Shown here in pieces: positions 35,020 to 46,066 of a stretch of 64,000 nt of DNA (its first letter is position 1; each line of letters begins with the position of its first letter). The notes under the pieces were generated by a model. It made no database searches. It saw only the letters and a list, made by a program, of their open reading frames with translations, and had not been told where the DNA came from. A program made the position numbers and the translations under genes. The stretch comes from Yuukianura sp. NJ FZ-2021 (lineage: Eukaryota). The stretch is from NCBI GenBank assembly GCA_046563655.1, contig CM102283.1:3100001-3164000 (forward strand), written 5' to 3'.

Positions 35020-38000
35020 CTACTTTTTAGAAAATCTGGAGCGACCTGCAGTTGAAGTCCGTTTTGAAAAGAGCTCTTTGTCGGCCGAAGTGGCACGAAA
35101 ATTCAAAAAATGAAAAGTGGGCGGGTCAATGAGGTCATGCTGATGAAGAAGCTTCTGAGTCTCTTCAGAGGTCAAAAGGTCACGAGTACGCACCGGAGGA
35201 ATTGTTGTGTAGTTCAGCGGTCTCCCATATGAGTCAAGGTCATCGCAAAACTTAAAGGGCTCACCCTCCTCAGGGTACTTCAAGTACGCACAACTAATGT
35301 CCCGCTTTTTTGTCTAAAAATTTTTCAAAAACTCAAAATCTGAAAGAGATTTTCAAAATTTTGGAAATTCTTACATAGTTTCTTGATCCTGGACAGTACG
35401 GAACAGTAAGGTGAAGATTATTTCCAGCGAATTCTTTGTACTTGAGATTCCACGTTGAAGAGTCCATATCGTACGACATGTTGTTTTCAATTAAGTCAAG
35501 AGCAGTTTTCGGAATGAAATTTTCAATTATGGCTTTTTCCCGGTAAATTTCAAAATTTAGTTTTTTCAATTCTCCCTCCAACGCTTCACGTTCAGCTTTT
35601 TCTTCTTGGATTGCAATTTGGTCCGCAAGTTGCTCCCGTTTCTTAATTTTTGTCCACTTTTCAATTTCTTTTTGAAGTCGCTCGTGTTCCTCTTGGAGTT
35701 CAAGGACACGCGCCTCCCAAGCAGTTTTCTCAGCCTAAAAACATCAAAATTTCAGAACAAATCTTTTCAAAAACCAAAATTTTGAAAAACCATTTTGGAC
35801 GTGAGCGATGTCTGGAGCTTGGACTGTTCTTGACGTCGATGTTCCAGTTCGATCATACATCGCTGGAGATAGGCCTCTTGTTCCTGTGATTTGTCCAGAA
35901 GCGATTCTCCACCGACCATAATTTTCTTTTGAATTGCGTCAAGTTTTTTCTGGAGTTCTGCTTTTTTCTGTTGTTGTTGACGCCAAGTGACGACGTCATC
36001 TTTGAGCCGAAACAAAGTGGATCGCTTATCTTCTGCTTCTGCGCGGGCAGCAGTGGACAGACGATGCTGCGTCTCTAGCTCTCCTTTGATACCGCACAAC
36101 ATCTCGTCGTCTTCTGCGTTTCCTTCTTCTGGTTCGTCAGGCTCTAAGTTTCAAAATTATGAAAAAAAAATTCCAAGAAATTGACAAAAAATAAAAAACT
36201 TTAGCGAAATTTGCTCAGAAGGAAAAGATGTTCATCGAATTTTGGCAACGCTGTGCAGTTGGGAGGAAATTGTCAACGCTGTGCAATTATGATTAAAAAT
36301 AAGAAATTTTGGCATCTTTGTGCAGTTGAGAGTAAAAACAAAAAATTTTGGCACGCTGTACAGACGTGGGAAAAAATAAAAAATTTTGGCAACGCTGTGC
36401 AGATATGGGCAAAAATAATTTTGGAAAGCAAACCAGAAGAAATTTCTTCGCGCTTTTGGCGCGTAACTCACCATTTTTCCTTTCTTGAATGACTTTTTGA
36501 AGTTTGAAATCTTCTTCCTCCAATTGGCGTTTCAGAGCTTCAATTTCGTTTTCAAATTGACGCAGAATGGCGTCTTTCGGATCTTCGTTGATATGAGCAT
36601 GATTTGTAATGCGTTTGGCTCTGTCTGCATAACGCAAAGTGCTTAGGGTCTCTTCATAGTTGTCATCAGCTGGACCCACGTTGGCAATCTCTCCAAAAAA
36701 TCAGAGTATTTCTGAAACGTGAATTTCTCGCGCTCTTAAAATTCTTACGCGCCAAAATCGCGAACTCACCATGACTGTTTTTGCATTTCCACCTAAAGAA
36801 TCTTGTAAAAGACGCGTCAATTTTGAATCGCGATAAGGAATATGTGATTTTCCATCAACCAAAGCAGAAATGACGTTCCCCAGAGCGGAAAGTGACAGAT
36901 TGATTTTCGCGCCTTCTTTCAACCGAATTCCAGTCGCTCCTGATTTTCCCGCTCTTTCAGAGCCCTTGGAAATTCAAATTCAAAATTTAAAAACTCAGTT
37001 TGACTACTACCACCAGAATTTTAAAATTTACCGCTAAATCGACCAAATTGAGCTTTCCCATTCGAAAACTCTGCCGTTTTGAATCTTCCGTGCTGCACTC
37101 AACTGTCACTGTGAAAATGGCATGAGAGCGCGAACTTTCTAAATTCATGTTTGTAGATGCCACGGATCCTGTACAACAAAATATAATTATTATAACATAA
37201 AATGTAATAAAGTATATAAAATAATTAATACATGTTAATATATTACTGCTTCTCTTTCCAACTGCAAGGATTCTGTCCATGTCCTTCTCACTTTTGACTA
37301 CAAACGAACTCAAATTTTTGACGTAAACTCCAGTTTCGCCTTCTTTGATTTCCAATTTCTTTGGCGCGTCTTTTCCTATGAGCAGGTCACGAATTTCCTC
37401 ATTGTAAATTTCCATGTACGTCACACGAACCAAAAACCTTGAGAAAAAAGAAAAAATTTTGAAATTTTCAAAATTTCGAATTTCAAAAGATTCATTCTGA
37501 GTTTGAATTTGGTAGAAATTACTTCGAAGTGCCACTTTCCTTTGAAATGTGACTGAAAATTTGAGCAAACGAATTCGGAATGATGCCTTTCAGCTCTGGG
37601 ACGGATTTATCTCCCTCCTAAAATATTTAAAACACATATTAATAATAATAATCTATGTAATAACTAAAATATATCATATAATATATTAATATATAATATG
37701 TAAACCATATTTAAATATGTTAACTTTGCAATACCATCGTGAAAGTTTTTCCAGTCCTGGAATTTCAGAGAGAAAAAAAATTTTTTTAAATGCTATTTTG
37801 CTTTTGGTTTAGTTTTTTGAGTTTATGCGGCATCTTACCCTGTTTGTCCACTGATAACCAACAAAAGTTCGAATTTTCAAATTAGAACAAATTTTCAAAT
37901 TTTAATATTTTTTTTTGAAAACTGAATTTTTACTAGGCAAAGATAGTTCCGTTGTAGCCTTCAATGACATTCTGCACAATAGGACGTGCTACTTGGTTGT

Positions 38001-38399
38001 ACAAGTCTGCTTGCTGTGTGCTTGGTGGAAACACGGAATCAAAAACAAAGATTTTGTGGTCATCTTGTTTTGTCATGGAGGTCATTGAGGTCAAAGTCGG
38101 TTTTTTCAGTAGAACGGTGCTCTCTGATTGGTCCGCACTCAAGATGTCGCTACATCCGTTGCTGAATTCTGATTGGCTAAGAGGACGTACGCGTACAGCT
38201 ACACGTACTTTCTCTTCGTCTGACTGTGAAGCTCCTCCGCGGTCAATGACTTTTCGATCGGGTGCTCCAATAGTCTTTTTGACCTGTAATAAAACAGGTT
38301 TTAGCAACGATGACCTTTGACCTTTGACGTTTCAAATCTGATGCACATACTTACCGTGTTTACAAAATCGTCATCGTCACTTCCAGCGTTCAAGTCCAT
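35020..38399 (-). CDS. Kinesin-2 family motor subunit (KIF3A/B-like)
   Basis: [30 protein letters not shown] (via micro-exons), [74 protein letters not shown] stalk motif. Confidence 0.9.
36240..36425. repeat. Degenerate ~31-39 bp minisatellite in kinesin intron
   Basis: Five to six copies of ttttggcaacgctgtgcag-like core with A-rich linkers. Confidence 0.8.
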
Positions 38400-38752
38400 T
38401 ACTAAAGTGTAGCACAGCTGATATTTTGGCGCCAAATTTTCACTTAACTGATTTTTAACGTAAATTTCCAAATATAAGGCCAACCAAAAATTAGCAACGG
38501 ACAGTCCTGTTCTTTGAGTTTTGTAGAAAGCTGAGGCTGGAAAAAATATGAAATCGCTGGAAGCGAAAACTGATTCCAATTTTTATTTTTGCTTCTTTTG
38601 CTTCTATCCAGCTTTTTATGAAAAAGTTTCAAAAACTTTGTTTTGTTTGTGTTTCTGCTAATTTGGCGCTCGTTTCCATGGAAACCAAAAGTCAAAACTC
38701 TTTTGTTCCCAATTTGCTCTTATTTGTATTAATACATTTATTATTATATATA

Positions 38753-38974
38753 CAGTGAGGCCCAGCTAAAAGAGTACACCTCTATCTTGCTTCCATAGAA
38801 ACGAGTTAAAACTTAGGTAAACACGAGGGGAAAACTAACTCAAATTTTGAAACTTTAGTTTCCATTATCATGGAGTTTTCGAAAATTACGTTATTTCACT
38901 CGTTTGCCCTCCATAGTTGTGAAATCAAACAAATCACTGATTTTTGGGTGTACTCTTTTAGCTGGGCCTCACTG
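38753..38974. mobile_element. Tc1/mariner-type MITE, 222 bp
   Basis: Perfect 28-bp TIRs CAGTGAGGCCCAGCTAAAAGAGTACACC (38753-38780 / 38947-38974), flanked by TA on both sides; no ORF. Confidence 0.9.
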
Positions 38975-39163
38975 TATATATTTTTTTAAGTAAAAAAAAT
39001 TCTTTATTATGTAGGAAATTTTAACACAACAGAACTGTATTATAAGTAATGAATTTCATCAACCTAACCTATTTGCTCTTATTTTCAAAAAGTAAAAGTC
39101 TTTTATTTCCGGTCAAATAAAATATTTCGAAGCTCCATTTAAAAAAACTTTCTTTTCAGTTTT

Positions 39164-39776
39164 TCATTCCTCTTCAGTGGGACAAGGACCCCATGATTGC
39201 AGTGTCAGCGGAGCAGAAGTGAAGCCTAAAATTAATCAAAACAAAAATTAATTAACGTAACTAACTAACAAACTCATCTTAAATTATGTATAATTTTTTG
39301 CAATTAAACTTTCCTGTACCTTCATATCGTAAACTTGCAGTACAATTCAGAAAGCAGCGATTATCTGCCAAAAATTTCATGTTTATAATATTAAATTCTG
39401 TTCAGCATGTTTAAAAAGTATATGATAAGTTTTCAAAATTTATGAGGAAACTTACGGTAAGTTTCTCCATCACTGCCACAAACTGGTGCAAAAATTGTTG
39501 GACAACGACACTTTGTTTCACCCAAATGCTTCAGGCGTGCTACATCTTCAACTTGTTCCTGACACTGAAATCGCTACAAGTATTTAAAAAAATCATATTT
39601 TGAAATTTGAAAACGAAAAACACTTTTTCAAAATGGAAATTCGTTGTAACGCTTACCCCAGAGCGTCTCAATTGACCTTGCGCAAGGTCATTTGGCCTAG
39701 CAGTTGTTTCAGTTTGAGCGTTTTGTCCATTTGTAATTGACGCTAAAATTCCTACAATAATCACAACTTTAAGCAT
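39164..39776 (-). CDS. Secreted single-domain Kazal-type protease inhibitor, 4 exons
   Basis: Signal peptide MLKVVIIVGILASITNG; spliced [26 protein letters not shown]...WGPC matches the Kazal cysteine pattern; exon phases consistent. Confidence 0.88.
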
Positions 39777-40228
39777 TTTGAATGATTTAAAAAATGACTA
39801 ATCCTCGCAACTGGACAGAAACTGAAACTTTGTTTAGTTTTTAAGTTTTTAAAAGTATGACTATTTGCAACTAACAAATTTTAGGAACTGACTGTTTTAT
39901 GAGTCTATTTTTTAACTTTAGCGTAGGAAATAAGTCAACAGTGGACGTCATATCGTCATATCCAAGAAATCTCATAGTTGCAGAAGTCTCATGCAGTTCC
40001 GTATTGAGCACAATACAAATCTCTACGTAAGTGTCAATATTTGCTTTATGACTTATGAACTTTTATTTTGCATCAGAATAAGCCTCTTCCAGCAGAATCG
40101 TAGTTAGTGTAAATAGTGATGACATCAAAGGTGTTAATTGAAACGCCAATCTGGCGTAGCCTCAAAACTAACTTTTTCCAGGAATTGTTAGTTTTTAGAT
40201 GCAAAGCTAAAAATAAAAAGTAGACTGG

Positions 40229-43200
40229 TCACAGTAGCAGAAGAGGGAGGAGCAAAAACACAATGAAGAAGCCATGATGCAACCACCGCGATCCAGATTC
40301 TAAAAATTTTGAAAAAAATAATAATTTTTTTTTGAGTTATTTTTGAAAATATTAACTTTCGAAGCAGAGTGGTACAAATGTTGTTGAATTTTAGCCAGAG
40401 TGTCGAAAAGTTTACCTGTAGATTCGACTCCTGAAAAATAAAAAATGAAATGACAAAGGTCATTGACTTGAATTGTTCATACTTACTGTTATTTAGGTCA
40501 TATATTTTTAATATATTATATTTGAATATATTATTATTTCTTAATAAATTATTATATTATAATATATCTATTACCGTAAGGTACTTCCTTTCGTTCTACG
40601 TAGCTCGTGTTGGGTATGCGGATATCACAGATAAATTTAGTAGAATTGGGAAGGAGAGTTGCATTGAAGGAGTTGAAAATTCGGACGTCGTAAGCTCCGG
40701 CGACATGCGCTGACTCTTCGTTCATCTCAGTTAACCTAAAAAAAATTTAAGAAAAAAACAGGTTTTTTTTTTTCATTTTGGAAGCAGAATAATTTCCAAA
40801 ATTTTGAAATTTTACTTCACACGATTTTTGTCCTTTTCATAAGAAACAGAAAGTTTGGCTTCTGGATAAGTTCGACTCGCCCAACAGGAAATGGTGACGC
40901 TAGTGTCATTCTCTGTGCTGGTCACCTCCAGGTCATACGCTTTGGGTTTTGCTGAAATGCGAAAAAATTTTCTTTCAAAATCCCGGAATTCCAAAAATCA
41001 AAACTTGTTTTTCAAAAAATTTGAAACGGAAGTGTGTTTACAGTATACAATTAGCAGCGATCCCTCAGTTTTGTGACCCTGAAAAAATTGCAAAAAAAGT
41101 TGCAAAAAAAAGTTAAAGTCGACATTCTTTAGAGTTGCAATCAACTAGCCTTAACAATCAAGGTCAAAGGTTAAAATTCAAAGGTCAATGGTCAAAACTC
41201 AAAGGTCAAAGGCCATCTTACGTCACTTGTGGAGACATCGCATCTGTAGTTGCCGCTAACATCAGTTGTTGGATTCATAATTCTGATTCCTCTGTACATT
41301 TCCCAGGGTACAGTGGACACTGTGTGGTTGAAGTCAATTCTATTTTCCAGAATACCGTAGGCTGCCCGTATTTGGTGGTCAGGAATCCACTTGTACACTG
41401 GCTTCTCTTCTTTGAGGTCACTGTGGTGCCAGGTCACGACGAGCAGACTAGTGACATTGTCTCTCAAAGTGTACTCGCAGTCAAGGTCAACATGGGAAAC
41501 ACTCCCGTTCTCCAGGGAATGCGGCACAGACAGTCGCCGAATCTCAACGCCATTAGAGTCTTGCGCAGACTCAGTCGGATCACTCCGCTTGATGCCTTTT
41601 CCTGCTTACAAATGTTTAAGCTTTTTTAAAGATTTCGACTAACAACAAATTCCAACTTTTGAGTTCCGGAGTGCTGGAATTTTAAAATTTCAAAAAACGT
41701 ATAACAGATTTAAAAAAAAAGATGAAGAATTTCTTGAGTTAGAAGTGATTGCGATTCAAAAAATTTTTGAACCTGAGGTGGTCGTTCTATTTCAAGAATC
41801 TTCATTCTATTTCAGATGTGATGTGATTTCAAAATTTCGAGAATTTGAAGTGGCCTTGAAATTTGGAAATTTTGTTTACGAATTTTGAAACACGCCTGCT
41901 GACCTCTGCGAAAGGTCACCGAATGTTCGATCTGCAGCGTAAAGGTTACGCCGCACTACCGAATAGAGAGTGGAAGGTCAAATAAGGTCAAGCACAAACA
42001 ACGAGTCCAATTGTATGAGCTTTATTTAATATAAGAAAGGTAACGGTTGAGAGCTGTTGAAGCTCTGAAGGCTTGGTGGACTCAAATCTGGTGACTGGTC
42101 ACTAAATGAATGACAATGACTGGGGAATCGGAGCTTACTTTTATACCTATTTGGAGGAGTAAGACAACAAGAAATCTAACTCCACTGTGGAGTAAAACAA
42201 GGACGAATCTAACTCCAATGTGGAGTAAAATCTAGGCGTAGGTAAAATGCATGTTTTTAGGCTAATTTAAGACTATGGAAATTGACACAAAGGTAAAAGA
42301 TTAAGACAGAGTATGAAGGTTACAGGCTAGGTTGTCCTTAGTTCTGAAGAAGCTTGTTTCTTCTGAACATATTCCCGAGCGGCGGGCGCGGAAGACGTGG
42401 GCGTAGTGTCCAGGGCGTAGAAATGGGATGAGCCGAAGAGGGCGTCGTAGTCAGGGCGCAGGGCGCAAAAACCCAGAGAGGATGGACGAGACGGCAGGGG
42501 GTGACCTCACCGGACGATCCAGACGATTGGAAGTCCCACGACGCAGGGCGCTGAGACTCACGAGGATGGATGCGGCGGCGAGGGGTGACCTCGGACGACG
42601 ATCCAGGCGATAGGAAGTCCCACGACGCAGGGCGCGGAGACTGACGAGGATGGATGCGGCGGCGGGCGTTGACCTCACCAGACGATCCAGGCGATAGGAA
42701 GTCCCACGACGCAGGGCGCGGAGACTGACGAGGATGGATGCGGCGGCGAGGGGTGACCTCAGACGACGATCCAGGCGATGGATGTCCTTGCGGACGGCGT
42801 TCCCACGTCGCGTGGTTGCACACGGCGTAGAGAAGGAGCAGCCTGAGGTTGGCTTTGTCGAGGGCGTAAATTTCGGATGAGGTGAATGCGGCGGGGCGTT
42901 GACCTCAGGCGACGGATCCAGCTTAATGAGGAGGCCTCGGCTGGTTGCAGCATAGCAGCTGCGGCGGAACCCATGGTGGAGCCGGTGGGGCGTTGCCAGG
43001 GCGTAAAATCGAGAAGGATGGATGCGGCGGCGAGGGTTGACCTCACCGGACGATCCAGACGAACGAAGATGGCAGTGGAACTTGTTCCCACATTGTGTGG
43101 AGAGGTCACACGAGCACAGTCTGGAGGTCACTTGGTGACGAACAAGGAAAGAACGGAGGTCACTTGGTGACGGACGAGGAAAGCTCAATTGGAAAAATGT

Positions 43201-43954
43201 TCGATCTGCAGCGTAAAGGTTACGCCGCACTACCGAATAGAGAGTGGAAGGTCAAATAAGGTCAAGCACAAACAACGAGTCCAATTGTATGAGCTTTATT
43301 TAATATAAGAAAGGTAACGGTTGAGAGCTGTTGAAGCTCTGAAGGCTTGGTGGACTCAAATCTGGTGACTGGTCACTAAATGAATGACAATGACTGGGGA
43401 ATCGGAGCTTACTTTTATACCTATTTGGAGGAGTAAGACAACAAGAAATCTAACTCCACTGTGGAGTAAAACAAGGACGAATCTAACTCCAATGTGGAGT
43501 AAAATCTAGGCGTAGGTAAAATGCATGTTTTTAGGCTAATTTAAGACTATGGAAATTGACACAAAGGTAAAAGATTAAGACAGAGTATGAAGGTTACAGG
43601 CTAGGTTGTCCTTAGTTCTGAAGAAGCTTGTTTCTTCTGAACACCGAAGCTTAACGAACTTTTTTTTTGAAAAACCAGAGCACATCTTGCCACGCGCTCT
43701 GTAGTGCGTGACTGAGCGTCCGGCAATCTTACACTTTTGAATAATTTTGGATTAAAAAAAAGACTACATTCCAAAATTCTAAAAAAAAAGTATGGAAACT
43801 CCAAAATTGGAATTCATAAAGTTGAAACCAATTTTTTTCCCCAAAATTTTGAAAAGATTTTCTTACCATGTACTAGCCCAACGTAGACGATGCAAAGTAC
43901 GGCAAGTTTCCAAGAATAATGCTTCGTCCACACGCCCTTTTCTTTTGTCTCCAT
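40229..43954 (-). CDS. Cell-surface two-Ig-domain protein (beat-like), probable GPI anchor; intron 1 carries the LTR element
   Basis: Exon1 METKEKGVWTKHYSWKLAVLCIVYVGLVHG (signal); V-set DLDCEY...VTWH...PVYKWIP...DVSGNYRCDVS; second Ig ISCWASRTYPEAKL...FICDIRIP; 15-nt micro-exon 40416-40430; ends SGSRWLHHGFFIVFLLLPLLLL*. Confidence 0.8.
41924..43643 (-). mobile_element. Non-autonomous LTR retroelement (TRIM-like, BEL/Pao-style ends), 1720 bp
   Basis: Two 446-bp LTRs (41924-42369, 43198-43643), identical on reading, TGTTC...GAACA termini, 5-bp TSD CCGAA (41919-41923, 43644-43648); minus-strand TATAAAA (43419-43413) and AATAAA (43300-43295); short PPT-like CGGGAATA before 3' LTR; no gag/pol motifs. 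Confidence 0.95.
42478..42780. repeat. 84-bp GC-rich tandem array (~3.6 copies) inside the LTR element
   Basis: gaggatgga recurs at 42478, 42562, 42646, 42730; partial copies near 42880-42920 and 43015-43060. Confidence 0.92.
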
Positions 43955-45006
43955 TCAGCAAAACTAAACAAATCCGAAACTTTTGTTGCAATAAAAAAAC
44001 AATGCCGTTCACATTTTGAACTAAAAAAACAAAAATCAACTTTTTAAAATTCAAAAACCGAAATGTTAAAATTTTTGACAAAAAAAGTCAGAACGACCTG
44101 TCTGTTCTGAAATGTGAACCTACACTTCCGCTGTCTTTTGTGAGTTTAAAATCTGCAAGAAAATTCGTCACAGTTGGTAGAAATTTTAGTACGAAGCTCA
44201 AGTTTCCGCATCATGATTTTTCACCACTCTAATTCTTCATCTCTACCAAAACTAACCAAAAAAGTTAAAAAGTAAAACAAAGATGGAAATTATACTTACC
44301 AAAAGATTCTCAAGTCTTCCACTTTTGATCTGCTCCAGTTCTCCCAACTCCAAAACGAAAAATAACAAAATGTTGATATTTTTAAATCTTCAAATTTTAA
44401 TATTTTGAAAGCTTACAGGATAAAAATTAAAAAAAAAAGAGTTAAGTTAAACTGTAACAAACTTTTCAAATTTCAGTTTGGAGTTCGTTTTTGAAATGAG
44501 GAATGAGCAACTTAGAATTTTTTGAACAAAATTTTGATTCTTTTGCCAAATGGAACAAACACATCGTCTCGGGGTGTGGTAGCGGAGTCTCGAAAATTTA
44601 TTTTTAGATTTGAAAATCTCAAAAAAAGAGAAGCTAATCTGTTTACTTCATCTCTAAAAAAAGAGTTTTGTGCAAACAGACTCATCGCTTCGGTGTTTAG
44701 AACAAAAAATTTTGCTTCATCATTTTGAATTACAATGTGTGAAATTTTTAAATATAACTTTCTCATACCGGCACAAAAAAAATTGTAAAACAAAAAAATC
44801 TGAATCTGAAAATTCTTCTTTTTTAGTTTTCGTTTCCATGACGATTTTCAAACGTTCCAGAACACTTTTGTTGGATTTGTTGCCTTTTGCTTTACTTTTT
44901 TTTTTTTGAACTTTTTGTAGCGAGTTTATGTTGAAAAGAGCTTCTGCGTAGAACTGTTTCAAATTTCGTGACTTCTGCGCATCATCGACACTTCTACCAT
45001 TTGAAA

Positions 45007-46066
45007 ATGGCTGACAAGCCAAGTTCTTCTCAGCTAAATTCTGCCAAACCAAGTCAAACTGAAGCCAATGTTGATCCGAGCCGATCACAAGACCCCGGAG
45101 ATCTTCGGCGGGAAAGCTTCATCGCTCCACCAAATCTGCGCAGACGTCGCTGCAATTTCACACCCACTTGTGGATGTATTCTCGAAAACACCATCTATGT
45201 GTGCATCGTAGTTGGAACTTTAGTAAAACAAAGACAAAATGCTTTAGGTTTTCAAAATCATTTTCAAAATTTTGGATTTTAACATATTTTCCAAAATTTC
45301 GTAGATGGATATCGCCTGCATTGCATTCTGGACTTCCTTGCTTGCTTGGAATCCCACTGACTGGAACTATCACCGTGCCAGAGATACTGCCGGTACGTCT
45401 TAGTGTGCTGCTTTAGCTAATGTCAAAAGTCAAAGGTCAAAGTTCAAAGGTCAAAGGTCAAAGGTCAAAGGTCAAAGGTCAAACTAACTTCAACTAATGC
45501 TTTTCTTAGTTCAAACATTGGTCATGCATTGCTTCTGTATCCTCTTCAACTTTCTCCTCTTCTTTGGAGTCTCAATAGTAAAAAAAAATCAAAAATTACA
45601 GTTTACCTGGGCAAATTTAAAAGTTCAAATTTTTCCTGACGTTTAAAATTCGAACTGCAATTCTCTAATAATTTTATGTTTTCGTCAGGAAAACGTTTTG
45701 CTCTGCCTGTGTTGGGTAATGATGCGTGGAATTTGGTACTTCACGGCCTTGGTCAACTGGATCCGATCAAGTGACATTTTACGTTTTGATGGGAAAATGA
45801 CCGGACCTAACAAAGTGATGGTGACTCTTGATGACAAAGTGAAGATGGTGTGGAAAATTACGTTCTGGGGCTATGGTCCACTCATGGCCATCTACGTCTA
45901 CTTTACCATCATTGTCGTCGTCTTCATATGTCGCCTCATCACGATCACGGAGCGTCGTCGCCTCAACGTCCGTCAAGTCCAGGGCATCGTCTTCACTGAT
46001 GTCAATCCAGCTCGTCTCTCAGTTATTCCTATGCCACCAACTCCGGAGGAGCAGCAAAGCGCATAA
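45007..46066 (+). CDS. Four-transmembrane protein of unknown function, 4 exons
   Basis: MADKPSSS...CGCILENTIYVCIVVGTL|MDIACIAFWTSLLAW...|VQTLVMHCFCILFNFLLFFGVSI|ENVLLCLCWVMMR...YFTIIVVVFICRL; in-frame GT-AG joins. Confidence 0.7.
45423..45483. repeat. (AAAGGTC)n heptamer microsatellite
   Basis: tcaaaggtcaaaggtc... about 8 units in an intron. Confidence 0.9.

Noticed and set aside
36240-36425. Repeat-spacer pattern resembling a CRISPR array
   Set aside because: Repeats are degenerate, linkers are short, A-rich and similar to one another, it lies in a eukaryotic intron, and there are no cas genes.
42370-42390. Plus-strand orientation of the LTR element with a tRNA PBS here
   Set aside because: No TGG start; TATA, AATAAA and the GU-rich element all lie in the correct order on the minus strand.
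42641-42790. Hammerhead ribozyme (retrozyme) suggested by CTGACGA followed by a GGAT...ATCC stem
   Set aside because: The required GAAA after stem II is absent, and no hammerhead core was found in the LTRs on either strand.
42338-43230. Internal ORFs as gag or pol
   Set aside because: No zinc knuckle, protease, RT or integrase motifs; open frames are expected in GC-rich 84-bp repeats; starts are non-ATG.
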